Assembly: GCA_963716175.1 (NCBI GenBank)
Contig: OY970296.1
Coordinates: forward strand, 1,536,001-1,600,000
Direction of reading: 5' to 3'
Length of the DNA stretch: 64,000 nt
Source of the DNA: an uncultured Armatimonadetes bacterium
GTDB taxonomy: Bacteria > Armatimonadota > Hebobacteria > Hebobacterales > Hebobacteraceae
Position 1 is the stretch's first letter; the number at the start of each line of letters is the position of its first letter. The position numbers and the translations under genes were made by a program. Under the pieces are notes generated by a model, which was not told the DNA's origin, did not search any database, and was given only the letters and a program-made list of their open reading frames with translations. Positions 18,602 to 29,433 of this stretch are shown one piece after another.

Positions 18602-20158
18602 ATGAAGAAGAGGCCGCAGGCAGAGCCCGCGCCGCCGGAGACAGGTAGACAGGGGACCTCCCTGCTGCCGATCATCACCTGGATCCTGGGGGTGATGACC
18701 GCCTGGCAGGTGTTCATCTTCTTCGTGCACGCCTATCAGGCCATCGCCTTCCCCTACCAGTTGGACTACGGCGAGGGGCCCATTCTGGAGATCGCGCTCC
18801 GGGTGGCGCATGGGGAGGCGCTCTACCCACCGATCAACCAGCCCCCTTATGTGATCGCCAGCTATGAGCCGGTGTACTACCTGCTGTCGGCCCTGGGCGT
18901 GTGGATCAGTGGCCCCAGCTTTGTGGTGGGGCGGCTGCTCTCGCTGCTGAGCGCGCTGGCGATTGCGGTGTGCGTGGGGCTGATCGTGTGGAGGAGAAGC
19001 GGGCATCGCTTCGCCTCCTGGCTGGCGGCGGGACTGATTCTGGCGATGCCGCATTTCCTGGTGTGGTCCGCGCTGATGCGGATCGACATGCTGGCGCTGG
19101 CGCTTTCGGTGGGGGCCTTCTACCTGTTCACGCGGGGAAGGTGGAAGGCAGGAGCGCTGATGTTTGCGCTGGGCGTGTTCACGCGGCGCACGCAGGTGGC
19201 GGCGATGGTGCCGGCCTTCTTGGACTACCGGGACCAGAAGGGCTGGAGGCCGGCGGCGCGCGCCCTGGTGGTGCAGGTGGGGCTGGTGGCGGCCTTGATG
19301 GCCGGGGGAGTGCTGGTCACCAGGGGTGGCATGTTTCACCAGCTCTTCCTGCATACCGCCAGCTCGCTGGGCAAGGCCTGGTCGTGGCAGCAGTTGTGGT
19401 CGCTGCTGTGGGTGCCGGGGAATCCTTCGCCGATGAAGCTATGGCCGGTCTACTTCGTGATCACGGCCGTGGGTGCGATCTACTGCCTGGCGGCGCGCGG
19501 GCAGCGTCTCCTGTTTATCTATTTCGCGGCCGCCTGCGTGATCTTCCTCACGGGCGGGCGGATTGGCTCGGCGCACAACTATCTGATGGAGCCCACCGCG
19601 GTGGGGGCGATGATGTTCGGGGTGATGTGGGCCGACTTGTCGCGGCGGCCGGGCTGGACGCGGCCCGCGGTGATGGCGCTGGGGGGCGCGATCGTGCTGC
19701 AGATGCTGTGGACCGACCTGCACCTGCCGTACACCATCAGCCTGGCTCAGCCTCGGGTGGACCCGCGGGCCAGCCAATACGTGATAGACCGCATCGAGGA
19801 GGCGCACGGACCGGCGCTGTGCGAGGACGTAGGGCTGACCTTGCAGGCCGGCAAAGAGCCGCCGCTGATGCCGTTCGAGTTCGCGCAGATGGCGCGCCGG
19901 GGGGCGCTGGACCCGACGCCCGTGTTCCGGAAAGTGCGGGAGGGCGGCTATGCCCTGATCGTGCTGCGCTTCGATCCCTTCGATCCGCGCGAGATCGAGC
20001 TCCATCGGCCCGGGGAGGATTGGAAGGCGGGGCGCTGGCCGGACGGGATCATCGAGGGGGTGGTGGCGAGCTATCGGCTGGACCGGGAGGTGGGGCCGTA
20101 TTTCGTGTTCGTGCCGAAGGGAGGATGGCGCGAGGGAACCGCCGATGCACGCGGATGA
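18602..20158 (+). CDS. polytopic membrane protein, ArnT/GT-C glycosyltransferase-like
   Basis: LDYGEG, YEPVYY, GRLLS, RIDML, many TM segments; next to Kdo genes. Confidence 0.65.
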   Translation: MKKRPQAEPAPPETGRQGTSLLPIITWILGVMTAWQVFIFFVHAYQAIAFPYQLDYGEGPILEIALRVAHGEALYPPINQPPYVIASYEPVYYLLSALGVWISGPSFVVGRLLSLLSALAIAVCVGLIVWRRSGHRFASWLAAGLILAMPHFLVWSALMRIDMLALALSVGAFYLFTRGRWKAGALMFALGVFTRRTQVAAMVPAFLDYRDQKGWRPAARALVVQVGLVAALMAGGVLVTRGGMFHQLFLHTASSLGKAWSWQQLWSLLWVPGNPSPMKLWPVYFVITAVGAIYCLAARGQRLLFIYFAAACVIFLTGGRIGSAHNYLMEPTAVGAMMFGVMWADLSRRPGWTRPAVMALGGAIVLQMLWTDLHLPYTISLAQPRVDPRASQYVIDRIEEAHGPALCEDVGLTLQAGKEPPLMPFEFAQMARRGALDPTPVFRKVREGGYALIVLRFDPFDPREIELHRPGEDWKAGRWPDGIIEGVVASYRLDREVGPYFVFVPKGGWREGTADARG

Positions 20159-20211
20159 ACGGTGATGGAAAACAGCAGACGGCCGGCGGGCATGCCTGCG
20201 GCATACACGCC

Positions 20212-20781
20212 CTACAGTTCGCGGCGGGCGCGGTCGCGCTCGGCGAGGCCGGCGAGGTAGTGGTTGAGGGCCTCTTCCCAGCGCCCCTGTGTGCGCAGTA
20301 TGGCTTCCACCGCCTGGCGGGCGGCGCCGCGGCCGCCGGCGGCCGCGGTGACGAGATGCGCTTGCTGGAGGATCTCCGGCACGGCATCGGCGGGGGCGAT
20401 GGCGAGGCCGGCGATGCGCATGGCCTCCCGGTCATTGAGGTCATCGCCCATGTAGGCCACGTGCTCCAGGGCTAGCTGCTTGTCGGCGGCGAAGGCACGG
20501 AGGGCGGCGGCCTTATCGCCCACGCGCTGGAGGATATCGCCGATGTGCAGATCCCGCCCGCGCCGCTGCACCACGGAGGAGGCGCGGCCGGTCATGAGCG
20601 CGATCTGAAGCCCGGCCTCGGCGGCCACCCGGAGGCCGAGGCCGTCCTTGACATCGAAGGTCTTCGCTTCCTCGCCGGAGTCAGTGTAGATGACCTGGCC
20701 CTGGGTGAGGACGCCATCCACGTCCAGGACGAGCGCCTTGATGCCGGCCAGGCGAGCGCGCAGGTCGTCGCTGATTCTCAT
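20212..20781 (-). CDS. kdsC: KDO 8-phosphate phosphatase (HAD)
   Basis: LDVDGVLT, FDVKDGLG, YMGDDLND, GGRGAAR. Confidence 0.9.
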   Translation of the reverse strand: MRISDDLRARLAGIKALVLDVDGVLTQGQVIYTDSGEEAKTFDVKDGLGLRVAAEAGLQIALMTGRASSVVQRRGRDLHIGDILQRVGDKAAALRAFAADKQLALEHVAYMGDDLNDREAMRIAGLAIAPADAVPEILQQAHLVTAAAGGRGAARQAVEAILRTQGRWEEALNHYLAGLAERDRARREL

Positions 20782-21635
20782 CTCGGTGCCCCTTCCATGA
20801 TCGCGCGGCGGGCGGCGTCAACGGCCAGCACCTGGGCCAAGAGGGCCGGCAGCTCGGCGAGGGGCAACTGCGTCTCGCGATCCGATCCGGCCTGCTCGGG
20901 ATGAGGGTGGACCTCCAGGAAGAGGGCGTCAATGCCGGCGCCGGCGGCGGCCCGCGCGAGCGTCGGGATGAAGTGGCGCTGGCCGCCCGAGGCGCCGCCC
21001 GCGGCGCCCGGGAGCTGAACGCTGTGGGTGGCATCGAAGACGACCGGCCACCCTAGCGCGCGCATGGCCGCCAGGCCTCGCATATCCACGACCAGATTGT
21101 GGTAGCCGAAAGTGGTGCCGCGCTCGGCCAGCAGCACGCCGCCATTCCCGGAGGCGGTGGCCTTGGCAGCGATGGGGGCCATATCCTCGGGGGCCATGAA
21201 CTGGCCCTTCTTGATCAGCAAGGGCTTGCCGGTGCGGGCGGCGGCCACCACCAGGTCGGTCTGGCGGCAGAGCAAGGCCGGGATCTGGAGCAGGTCGGCG
21301 ACCTGGGCGACCGTCTCTGCTTGGTCGGGCTGGTGGATGTCGGTGTTTATGGGAAGGCCGGTCTCGGTCTTCACCGCCGCCAGGATCTTCAGTCCCTCCT
21401 CCAGGCCAGGTCCGCGGAAAGAGTCCAGGCTCATCCGGTTGGCCTTGTCGAAGGAGGCCTTGAAGATGATGGGGAGGTGAAACTCATCGGCGACTCTGGC
21501 CAGGGCGCGGGCGATGTGGAGGGCCATATCCCTATCATCCATCACGCAGGGGCCGGCGATGAGGGCGAGCGGATTGTCGCCGCCGATGGTGACGGAGGCG
21601 ACGGAGACGGGCTTGGTTGCGGGGTAGCTGATCAT
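20778..21635 (-). CDS. kdsA: KDO 8-phosphate synthase
   Basis: IAGPCV, KASFDKANR, IKKGQF, ERGTTFGY, FDATHSVQLPG. Confidence 0.95.
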   Translation of the reverse strand: MISYPATKPVSVASVTIGGDNPLALIAGPCVMDDRDMALHIARALARVADEFHLPIIFKASFDKANRMSLDSFRGPGLEEGLKILAAVKTETGLPINTDIHQPDQAETVAQVADLLQIPALLCRQTDLVVAAARTGKPLLIKKGQFMAPEDMAPIAAKATASGNGGVLLAERGTTFGYHNLVVDMRGLAAMRALGWPVVFDATHSVQLPGAAGGASGGQRHFIPTLARAAAGAGIDALFLEVHPHPEQAGSDRETQLPLAELPALLAQVLAVDAARRAIMEGAPR

Positions 21636-21644
21636 GGCGACAAC

Positions 21645-22535
21645 TCAGCTCTCTTCAGGGCAGGAGGCAAGCTCCTGCCCAACGGAAAGCACGTCGTCCG
21701 GCGAGGCCAGCGGCCTGGCGCCCTGGGCCAGCAGGTCCGCAGTGCCACGGCTGGGATGATCTTGCGGCCACTTCACGGCGAACACCTTCCGGCCCTCCTG
21801 GAGGGCGCACTTCGCCGTGTGCACGGCCCCACCCTCTGGCCTGGCCTCGATCACGATCACCGCCTGGGCGAGGCCGGCGATGATGCGGTCGCGGGCGAAG
21901 AGAGCTTGCGGCAGGAGCGGTGCGGTGGGCGAGAGTTCGGAGCAGAGCGCGCCGGCCTCGGCGACTTGCCCGGCGAGGCCGCCTTGGCCCTGGTTCAGAG
22001 CCGTGAGGAGGCCGCACCCGCAGACGCCTACAGTGAGGCCGTTCGCCTCCAGTGTGGCCTCGTGCGCGGCGGCGTCAATGCCCGCGGCCAGGCCGCTGAT
22101 CACGACCAGGCCGGCCTCAACCAGCTTCGCGGCGGCGGCGCGCGCCCAAGCCAAACCCTCCTCGGAGGCTTGGCGGCTGCCGATGACCGCCATCCCTGGT
22201 GTACGGTTCAGATCTATGCGGCCGAACCACCAGAGCACAGGTGGAGCGGAACTGGTGGAGAGGAGACGGGAGGGGTAGTCAGGATCGGGCCAGATCAGCG
22301 GGCGAAGGCCCTGCTCGTCGAGAGCGAGGAGGTCGGCCTCCATCTCTTCGAGGTGGGACGGTACCTCGGCAAGCTGACTGGCGAGAGATTCCGGCAGGTC
22401 GGCGCGCGCCAGGATCTCGTCCGGCCCCGCCTCGAGAGCGGCGAGGGCGCTGCCGAACTCCTCCAGCAGCCGCCGGAAGCGGACCGGGCCCAATCCGCTG
22501 ACCGCGCTCAGGGCCACCCAGGCGGCGCGCTCCAT
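21645..22535 (-). CDS. dprA: DNA-processing protein DprA
   Basis: GLGPVRF, YPSRL, VIGSR, ISGLAAGIDAAAH, RDRIIAGL, VIEA. Confidence 0.88.
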   Translation of the reverse strand: MERAAWVALSAVSGLGPVRFRRLLEEFGSALAALEAGPDEILARADLPESLASQLAEVPSHLEEMEADLLALDEQGLRPLIWPDPDYPSRLLSTSSAPPVLWWFGRIDLNRTPGMAVIGSRQASEEGLAWARAAAAKLVEAGLVVISGLAAGIDAAAHEATLEANGLTVGVCGCGLLTALNQGQGGLAGQVAEAGALCSELSPTAPLLPQALFARDRIIAGLAQAVIVIEARPEGGAVHTAKCALQEGRKVFAVKWPQDHPSRGTADLLAQGARPLASPDDVLSVGQELASCPEES

Positions 22536-23220
22536 CAGGCGTCTCGCCGATAGCGCGTTTTGGTGAGGGCCGCGACCACGACTTCCCCGGCGCCGGCCTG
22601 CATCAGCACCCGCCACACCTCCTCCAGGGTGGCGCCGCTGTCGTAGACATCGTCGAGCAGAAGCAGCTTCTTGCCTGTGATGAAGTCAGCGCGACGGACC
22701 TGGAACGCGGCGCGCACGTTCTGGCGTTTGTCATCGAAGCGCGAGAGGTCTTTCTGGTGGGCCAGCTTGCGGGTGCAAGCGAGGAAATGGGGGAGGCAGC
22801 GGACGCGCATCTCCCTCGCCAGGGCGCGCGCCAAGTCGCATGTGGGAGGCACGCGCAGGCGCGCAGTGGTGGCCGGGACGTGGACGATGACCTCCACATG
22901 CTGGAATGTCGAGATGTCCGTGTGGCCTGTAGGGGCGTCATTCATGACACCCGCGCTCGGGCGCGATGACCTGCACCCCTACCTGTCAACGCGGCCGCCA
23001 GCGCCTGCGCCAGGGGCCGCGCCAACGCGCGCTCGCCGCCGTACTTGAACCGATCGAGCAGGTCGCCGACCGCGGTGCGTCCTTCGTCGCCTTCCCGCGA
23101 GTGGGGCAAGAGGGCGAGGCCCGCAGGCCAGGGGCCAGGCAGGGGGACGGGGCCCAAGACTGCCAGCCCGAGCGCGTCGGCCGGCGATACCTGCAGTGGA
23201 CCGCGAAATAGAGGCCGCAC
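22535..23220 (-). pseudogene. comF: ComF-family phosphoribosyltransferase, interrupted by a REP-like insert and split by one frameshift
   Basis: N-part LLDRFKYGGERALARPLA; C-part VHVP..NVRAAF..LLLDDVYDSGATL; GTAGGGG..CCCCTACA insert at about 22927-22982. Confidence 0.65.
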
Positions 23221-23335
23221 CAATTCCTCCCGCTTGCCGCTACAACGGGCAGGAGGCAAGCTCCTGCCCAACGCAGAGGAAGAGTCCCCCCGGAGGACCA
23301 GGCCCCACAGAAACGGCGGGGTCCTTCGGCTTCGC

Positions 23336-24121
23336 TCAGGATGACAGCCGGTGCGGGCCCGCTGCCCTCAGCCTCTCCAGATCGGCCGGGGTGTCAACAC
23401 CCGGCGAGGCGTGGGAGACGATCACGACGCGGAGGCGGTGGCCGTGCTCTAACACGCGGAGCTGCTCCAGGCGCTCGGCCTGCTCCAGGGGGGTGGGGGA
23501 GAGCTGGGCCAGAGAGAGGAGGAAATCGCGCCGGTAGACGTAGAGGCCGAGGTGGCGGTAGCGGACGGCGTCGGCATGGGGGTCGCGCACGAACGGGATG
23601 GGCAGGCGGGAGAAGTAGAGAGCGAAGCCCTGGCGGTCGAGCACGACCTTGACGACATTGGGATTGGCGAGGTCGGAGAGGTCCTCGATGGAGCAGCAGA
23701 GGGTGCCCATGGGGATGGAGGGATCCTCGGCCAGGGGGGCGATGGCGGCGTCAATGAAGGCGGGGTCAATCAGGGGCTCGTCGCCCTGCACGTTGACGAT
23801 AAGGTCGGCGGCGAGGCCGGCGGCCACCTCCGCGACGCGGTCGGTGCCGCTGGGGTGATCGGCGCGGGTCATCGCCACTTCAGCGCCGAAGCCCCTCGCC
23901 GCAGTGGCGATGCGCTGGTCATCAGTGGCGATGATGACGCGGCTGGCCCGGGTGGCCCGGGAGGCGCGCTCCCAGACATGCTGGATGATCGGTTTTCCCC
24001 AGAGATCGGCCAGGGGCTTGCCGTGGAAGCGGGCGGAGCCGTAGCGAGCGGGGATGATGATGGCAACGGCCCTATCCGCAGATGACGCAGATTGCACAGA
24101 CGGAGGTGGCACTGAAGTCAC
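23336..24121 (-). CDS. kdsB: CMP-KDO synthetase
   Basis: [47 protein letters not shown]. Confidence 0.95.
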   Translation of the reverse strand: MTSVPPPSVQSASSADRAVAIIIPARYGSARFHGKPLADLWGKPIIQHVWERASRATRASRVIIATDDQRIATAARGFGAEVAMTRADHPSGTDRVAEVAAGLAADLIVNVQGDEPLIDPAFIDAAIAPLAEDPSIPMGTLCCSIEDLSDLANPNVVKVVLDRQGFALYFSRLPIPFVRDPHADAVRYRHLGLYVYRRDFLLSLAQLSPTPLEQAERLEQLRVLEHGHRLRVVIVSHASPGVDTPADLERLRAAGPHRLSS

Positions 24122-24147
24122 CGGGCGGCTGCGGAGTCTTGCGCTGC

Positions 24148-24176
24148 ATTCTAGTGAGCGGGGCGGCCGCCGTCAA
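24148..24176 (-). promoter_or_regulatory. promoter of the kdsB operon
   Basis: TTGACG-17 bp-TAGAAT on the minus strand. Confidence 0.65.
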
Positions 24177-24295
24177 ACGCGATCGGCCGGGCGAATGCGG
24201 GCTTGCTCCGGGTGGACGGGCCGTGTTATCATCGGGCGGCGGCGCGGCCGGCCGAGCCGCTGGGGACTATTTCCCAGATTCCCGCTCTAGTTCGG

Positions 24296-24324
24296 TTGAC
24301 AAGGGGCGGGGTTTCTGGTACGTT
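24296..24324 (+). promoter_or_regulatory. promoter of the str operon
   Basis: TTGACA-17 bp-TACGTT with TG extended -10. Confidence 0.7.
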
Positions 24325-24416
24325 TTACACTTGTCGTCTCTCGTCGCAGAGCCCCAAGGAAGCTGAGCGGCAGGCGCGAGAGGCGCGTTAGCGCGTTGCT
24401 GCGCGAAGGGCGGAAG

Positions 24417-24839
24417 ATGCCGACCATCAGTCAGCTAGTGCGAAGGGGGCGGAAGAGGAAGAAGGCGGTGCCGACGCCGACTGTGCGCTGGGCGCTGGGC
24501 TGGCACTTCAACGCCGCCCAGCGGCGCTTCCGCCGGTCGCCGGGGCCGCTGAAGCGGGGGGTGTGCACCCAGGTCAAGACCACCACCCCGAGGAAGCCGA
24601 ACTCGGCGCTGCGCAAAGTGGCCCGGGTGCGCCTGAGCAACCGGATCGAGGTGTGGGCCTACATCCCGGGGGAGGGGCACAACCTGCAGGAGCACTCGGT
24701 AGTGCTGGTGCGGGGAGGACGAGTGAAGGACTTGCCCGGGGTGCGCTACCACATCGTGCGGGGGGTGCTGGACACCGCGGGCGTGGAGCAGCGCAAGCAA
24801 GGGCGGTCGCGGTACGGGACGAAAGCGGAGAAGAAGTAG
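24417..24839 (+). CDS. rpsL: 30S ribosomal protein S12
   Basis: [29 protein letters not shown]. Confidence 0.98.
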   Translation: MPTISQLVRRGRKRKKAVPTPTVRWALGWHFNAAQRRFRRSPGPLKRGVCTQVKTTTPRKPNSALRKVARVRLSNRIEVWAYIPGEGHNLQEHSVVLVRGGRVKDLPGVRYHIVRGVLDTAGVEQRKQGRSRYGTKAEKK

Positions 24840-24942
24840 CGCGGGGGAGGGGCAGGTCGCGTGGCTAGGCCTGCTCCGCAGGCCGCCACCCCGGCCGCCG
24901 CAGGCGGCCTAGGGGGAGCTGCCCTACTGGAGCGAGAGAGCG

Positions 24943-25413
24943 ATGCCGAGGAAGGGGCCGGTCACAAGACGGATACCGCCGCCGGACCTGGTGTACGGGA
25001 GCCGGCTGGTGACTAGGCTGATCAACCAGGTGATGCGCCGCGGCAAGAAGAGTGCGGCGGAGCGGGTGGTCTACGGCGCGCTGGCGGAGATGTACCGGCG
25101 CAGTAGCAAGGACCCGCTGGAGCTGTTCGAGCAGGCGCTGCGGAACGTGATGCCCACGCTGGAGGTGAGGCCTCGCAGGGTGGGCGGCGCCACCTACCAG
25201 GTGCCGATGGAGGTGCGGCCGACGCGGCGGCTGGCGCTGGGCTTGCGGTGGATGGTGACCAGCGCCCGGGCGCGACACGCCCGGAGCATGGGGGAGAAGC
25301 TGGCGGCAGAGCTGCTGGAGGCGGCCTCGGGACAAGGGGCTGCGGTAAAAAAGCGAGAGGATACCCACAGGATGGCGGAAGCCAACCGGGCCTTCGCTCA
25401 TTATAGGTGGTAG
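24943..25413 (+). CDS. rpsG: 30S ribosomal protein S7
   Basis: [28 protein letters not shown]. Confidence 0.98.
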   Translation: MPRKGPVTRRIPPPDLVYGSRLVTRLINQVMRRGKKSAAERVVYGALAEMYRRSSKDPLELFEQALRNVMPTLEVRPRRVGGATYQVPMEVRPTRRLALGLRWMVTSARARHARSMGEKLAAELLEAASGQGAAVKKREDTHRMAEANRAFAHYRW

Positions 25414-25596
25414 CTCGGGAGCGTCCACCTGCGCTCGTCCCGGATCTTCTGGGGCGAGCTACGGTGGATGGGCAGGGAGCCGCAGGCCATCGACGGCCCG
25501 GGGTCGCCCTGCGCAGGTCGGGAGGGCGCCCGCGGGCGGGCAGCCGCAAAGTCTCTGCCGGCTTCTGAGCCGCTGCCGAGAACAAGTCGATGACCT

Positions 25597-27687
25597 ATGG
25601 CGCGCGAGTTTTCGCTCGACAAGACGCGTAATATTGGCATTGCCGCGCACATCGATGCCGGCAAGACCACCACCACGGAACGCATCCTGTTCTACACCGG
25701 GCGCGTCCACCGCATGGGGGAGGTGGACGAGGGCGCGGCCACCATGGACTGGATGGCCCAGGAACAGGAGCGCGGGATCACCATCACCGCGGCCGCCACC
25801 ACCTGTTTCTGGCGCGAGCATCGCATCAACATCATAGACACCCCGGGGCATGTGGACTTCACGGTGGAGGTGGAGCGGTCGCTGCGAGTGCTGGACGGGG
25901 TGGTTGCCCTCTTCTGCGGGGTAGCGGGGGTGCAACCTCAGTCGGAGACGGTGTGGCGGCAGGCCAATAAGTACGGCGTGCCGCGCATCGCGTATGTGAA
26001 CAAGATGGACCGCACCGGGGCGGATTTCCACCGGGTGGTCCATGCCCTGCGGGAGAGGTTGGGGTGCCGGGCGGTGGCGGTGCAACTGCCCCTGGGGCAG
26101 GAGGCGGACTTCGCCGGGGTGGTGGACCTGATCCGGATGAAGGCGATCGTCTATCTGGACGAGCATGGGCGGGAGTTTCGCGAGGACCCCATCCCGGAGC
26201 CGATGCTGCCGCTGGCGCGCCGGTTCCGGGAGGCGATGGTGGAGGCGGCGGCGGAGACGGACGAAGAGTTGATGCAGAAATACGTGACCGGGGAGGAGCT
26301 GAGCGAGGAGGAGATCCGCGCGGGGCTGCGGCGGGGCACGATTCGCTATCGCATGGTGCCGGTGCTGTGCGGGGCCTCCTACCGGAACAAGGGGGTGCAG
26401 CCGGTGCTGGACGCGGTGGTGGACTACCTGCCCTCTCCTCTGGAAGTGCCCCCGGTGCAGGGGAAGAACCCGGCGACGGGCGAGATGGTGGCGCGGAGGG
26501 CGGACGACCAGGAGCCCCTGGCGGCGCTGGCGTTCAAGGTGCAGGTGGACCGGAACGTGGGGCAGTTGGTCTACCTGCGGGTTTACGCCGGGCGCATCGC
26601 GCGCGGGGCCACTGTCTATAACTCGACCAAGCAGGCGACCCAGCGGGTGGGCCGCCTGCTGCGCATGCACGCCAACCGGAGGGAGCACCTGCAGGAAGCG
26701 CTGGTCGGCGACATCGTGGCCGCGGTGGGCCTGGACAAGACGACCACCGGGGACACGCTGTGCGAGGAGGCGGCGCCGATCCTGCTGGAGACCATCCAGT
26801 TCCCGGACCCGGTGATCTCGGTGGCGATGGAGCCGGAGACGCGGCCGGAGGAGATCAAGCTGATGGAGGCGCTGGCGGCGCTGTCGGGGGAGGACCCCAC
26901 CTTCCGGTTCAAGACTGATCCCGACAGCGGCCAGATCATCGTGTCTGGGATGGGGGAGCTGCACCTGGAGATCGTGACCGACCGGCTGCGGCGGGAGTTC
27001 CAGGTGCGGGCCCACGTGGGCCGGCCCCAGGTGGCCTATCGGGAGACGGTCCGCCGAGCGGCCACTGCGGAGGGCAGCTATATCCGCCAGACCGGCGGCC
27101 GGGGGCAGTTCGGCCGGGTGGTGCTGGAGGTGGGGCCGCGGGAGACGGGAGCGGGGGTGAGCTTCGAGGACGGGACCAAGGGTGGGGTGATCCCGCGTGA
27201 GTTCATGTCGGCGGTGGAGGACGGGGTGCGGGAGGCCTGCCTCAGCGGGGTGCTGGGGGGCTATCCCATGGTGGACATCGCGGTGCGGGTGGTAGGGGGA
27301 GCGGCGCACGAGGTGGATTCCTCGGACATGGCGTTCAAGCTGGCGGCCTCGGAGGCGCTGCGGGAGGCGGTGCGGCGGGCGCAGCCGGTGCTGCTGGAGC
27401 CGGTGATGCGGCTGGAGGTGGTGTGCGCGGAGGACCGGATGGGTGATGTGCTGAGCGACCTGAACGCGCGGCGGGCGCACGTCACCGGCATTGCGGCCTC
27501 CCCTGGCGGCACGGAGACCATTGCTGCGCTGGTGCCGCTGGCCACCACTTTTGGGTATGCCACCGCGCTGCGCAACCTGACCCAGGGCCGCGGCACTTAC
27601 ACCATGGAGCCCTCCCATTACGCGGAGGTGCCGGAGAGCATCGCCCGGAGCGTGATCCCGGGCGAGACTACCGTCAGGGTGGCCTGA
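25597..27687 (+). CDS. fusA: elongation factor G
   Basis: [31 protein letters not shown]. Confidence 0.97.
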   Translation: MAREFSLDKTRNIGIAAHIDAGKTTTTERILFYTGRVHRMGEVDEGAATMDWMAQEQERGITITAAATTCFWREHRINIIDTPGHVDFTVEVERSLRVLDGVVALFCGVAGVQPQSETVWRQANKYGVPRIAYVNKMDRTGADFHRVVHALRERLGCRAVAVQLPLGQEADFAGVVDLIRMKAIVYLDEHGREFREDPIPEPMLPLARRFREAMVEAAAETDEELMQKYVTGEELSEEEIRAGLRRGTIRYRMVPVLCGASYRNKGVQPVLDAVVDYLPSPLEVPPVQGKNPATGEMVARRADDQEPLAALAFKVQVDRNVGQLVYLRVYAGRIARGATVYNSTKQATQRVGRLLRMHANRREHLQEALVGDIVAAVGLDKTTTGDTLCEEAAPILLETIQFPDPVISVAMEPETRPEEIKLMEALAALSGEDPTFRFKTDPDSGQIIVSGMGELHLEIVTDRLRREFQVRAHVGRPQVAYRETVRRAATAEGSYIRQTGGRGQFGRVVLEVGPRETGAGVSFEDGTKGGVIPREFMSAVEDGVREACLSGVLGGYPMVDIAVRVVGGAAHEVDSSDMAFKLAASEALREAVRRAQPVLLEPVMRLEVVCAEDRMGDVLSDLNARRAHVTGIAASPGGTETIAALVPLATTFGYATALRNLTQGRGTYTMEPSHYAEVPESIARSVIPGETTVRVA

Positions 27688-27716
27688 CAGGGAAACCCAA
27701 CAGGGAGCAAGAGACG

Positions 27717-28919
27717 ATGGGCAAGGCTAAGTTCCAGCGCACCAAGCCGCATGTGAATGTGGGCACCATCGGGCACGTGGACCACGGCAAGACCACGCTG
27801 ACCTCGGCGATCACCTACACCTTGGCGAAGGTGGGGTTGGCGAAGCCCTTGGATTATGGGCAGATTGACTCGGCGCCGGAGGAGAAGGAGCGGGGGTTGA
27901 CCATCCAGATTTTCCACGCCGAGTACGAGACGGAGAAGCGCCACTATGCGCACGTGGACTGCCCGGGGCATGCGGACTACATCAAGAACATGATCACCGG
28001 GGCGGCGCAGATGGATGGGGCGATATTGGTGGTGTCGGCGGCGGATGGGCCCATGCCCCAGACCCGGGAGCACATTCTTCTGGCGCGGCAGGTGAACGTG
28101 CCATCCATCGTGGTGTTTCTGAACAAGGTGGACATGCTGGACGACCCGGAGCTGTTGGAGCTGGTGGAGATCGAGGTGCGGGACTTGTTGAGCAAGTACG
28201 AGTTCCCGGGGGACGAGATCCCGGTGATCTCGGGGAGTGCCACCAAGGTATTGGAGTGCGGGTGTGGGCAGCGGGAGTGCCAGTGGTGCGGGGCGATTTG
28301 GAAGCTGATGGATGCGGTGGACAATTACATTCCCACCCCGGAGCGGCCCATAGACCAGCCCTTCCTGTTGGCGATCGAGGATGTGTTCACCATCACGGGG
28401 CGGGGGACGGTGGTGACGGGGAGAGTGGAGCGGGGGCTGGTGAAGGTGGGGGACGAGGTGGAGATGGTGGGGTTGCACCCGGAGTCCCGGCGGACGGTGG
28501 CGACGGGGGTGGAGATGTTCCGGAAGCTGTTGGACCAGGGGCAGGCGGGGGACAACATCGGGGTATTGCTGCGGGGGATAGACCGCAAGGAGGTGGAGCG
28601 AGGGATGGTGTTGGCGAAGCCCGGGTCCATCACCCCGCACACCAAGTTCGAGAGCCAGGTGTACGTGCTGAGTCAGGCGGAGGGGGGCCGGCACAAGGCG
28701 TTTTTCCCGGGATATCGGCCCCAGTTCTACTTTCGCACCACGGACGTGACCGGGGTGATCCAGCTGCCGGAGGGGCGGGAGATGGTGATGCCTGGGGACA
28801 ACGTGATCATGACCGTGGAGCTGATCCAGCCCATCGCCATGGAGGAGGGGTTGCGGTTCGCCATCCGGGAGGGGGGCCGCACCGTGGGTGCGGGGGTGGT
28901 GGCGAAGGTGGTGCAGTAG
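27717..28919 (+). CDS. tuf: elongation factor Tu
   Basis: [28 protein letters not shown]. Confidence 0.98.
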   Translation: MGKAKFQRTKPHVNVGTIGHVDHGKTTLTSAITYTLAKVGLAKPLDYGQIDSAPEEKERGLTIQIFHAEYETEKRHYAHVDCPGHADYIKNMITGAAQMDGAILVVSAADGPMPQTREHILLARQVNVPSIVVFLNKVDMLDDPELLELVEIEVRDLLSKYEFPGDEIPVISGSATKVLECGCGQRECQWCGAIWKLMDAVDNYIPTPERPIDQPFLLAIEDVFTITGRGTVVTGRVERGLVKVGDEVEMVGLHPESRRTVATGVEMFRKLLDQGQAGDNIGVLLRGIDRKEVERGMVLAKPGSITPHTKFESQVYVLSQAEGGRHKAFFPGYRPQFYFRTTDVTGVIQLPEGREMVMPGDNVIMTVELIQPIAMEEGLRFAIREGGRTVGAGVVAKVVQ

Positions 28920-28979
28920 GGCAGGCCTGCGGCCTGCCCGCTGCAGGAGGCAGCGAAGTGTCAATGGAGAGAGCCGTAG

Positions 28980-29309
28980 ATGCGGAGAGCTGAGCGACGC
29001 GGTCCCGGGGAGCGGATTCGCATCCGCCTGAAGGCCTTTGACCACCGGGTGCTGGACCAATCGGCGATGCGGATCGTGGACACTGCGCGCCGCACCGGGG
29101 CGCGGATCGCGGGGCCCATCCCGCTGCCCACAGAGATCAACCGCTTCTGCGTCATCCGGTCTCCTTTCATTGACAAGGAGTCCATGGAGCATTTCGAGAT
29201 GCGCACCCACAAGCGCCTGATTGACATACTGGAGCCGAGCCCCGAGACGATCAACGCGCTGATGCGGATCGATCTGCCGGGCGGGGTGGATATCGAGATC
29301 AAGCTGTAG
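28980..29309 (+). CDS. rpsJ: 30S ribosomal protein S10
   Basis: [24 protein letters not shown]. Confidence 0.97.
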   Translation: MRRAERRGPGERIRIRLKAFDHRVLDQSAMRIVDTARRTGARIAGPIPLPTEINRFCVIRSPFIDKESMEHFEMRTHKRLIDILEPSPETINALMRIDLPGGVDIEIKL

Positions 29310-29433
29310 GTGGGCTGCGGGGCAGGTCGCGGACCCTTCGGCTCCGCTCAGGGCAGGCCTGCCCGACCGGGAACTGCGGGCAGGAGACAGGGTCCTGCCC
29401 CACGAGTGAGATCGGGAGAGCAGAGGAACTGGG

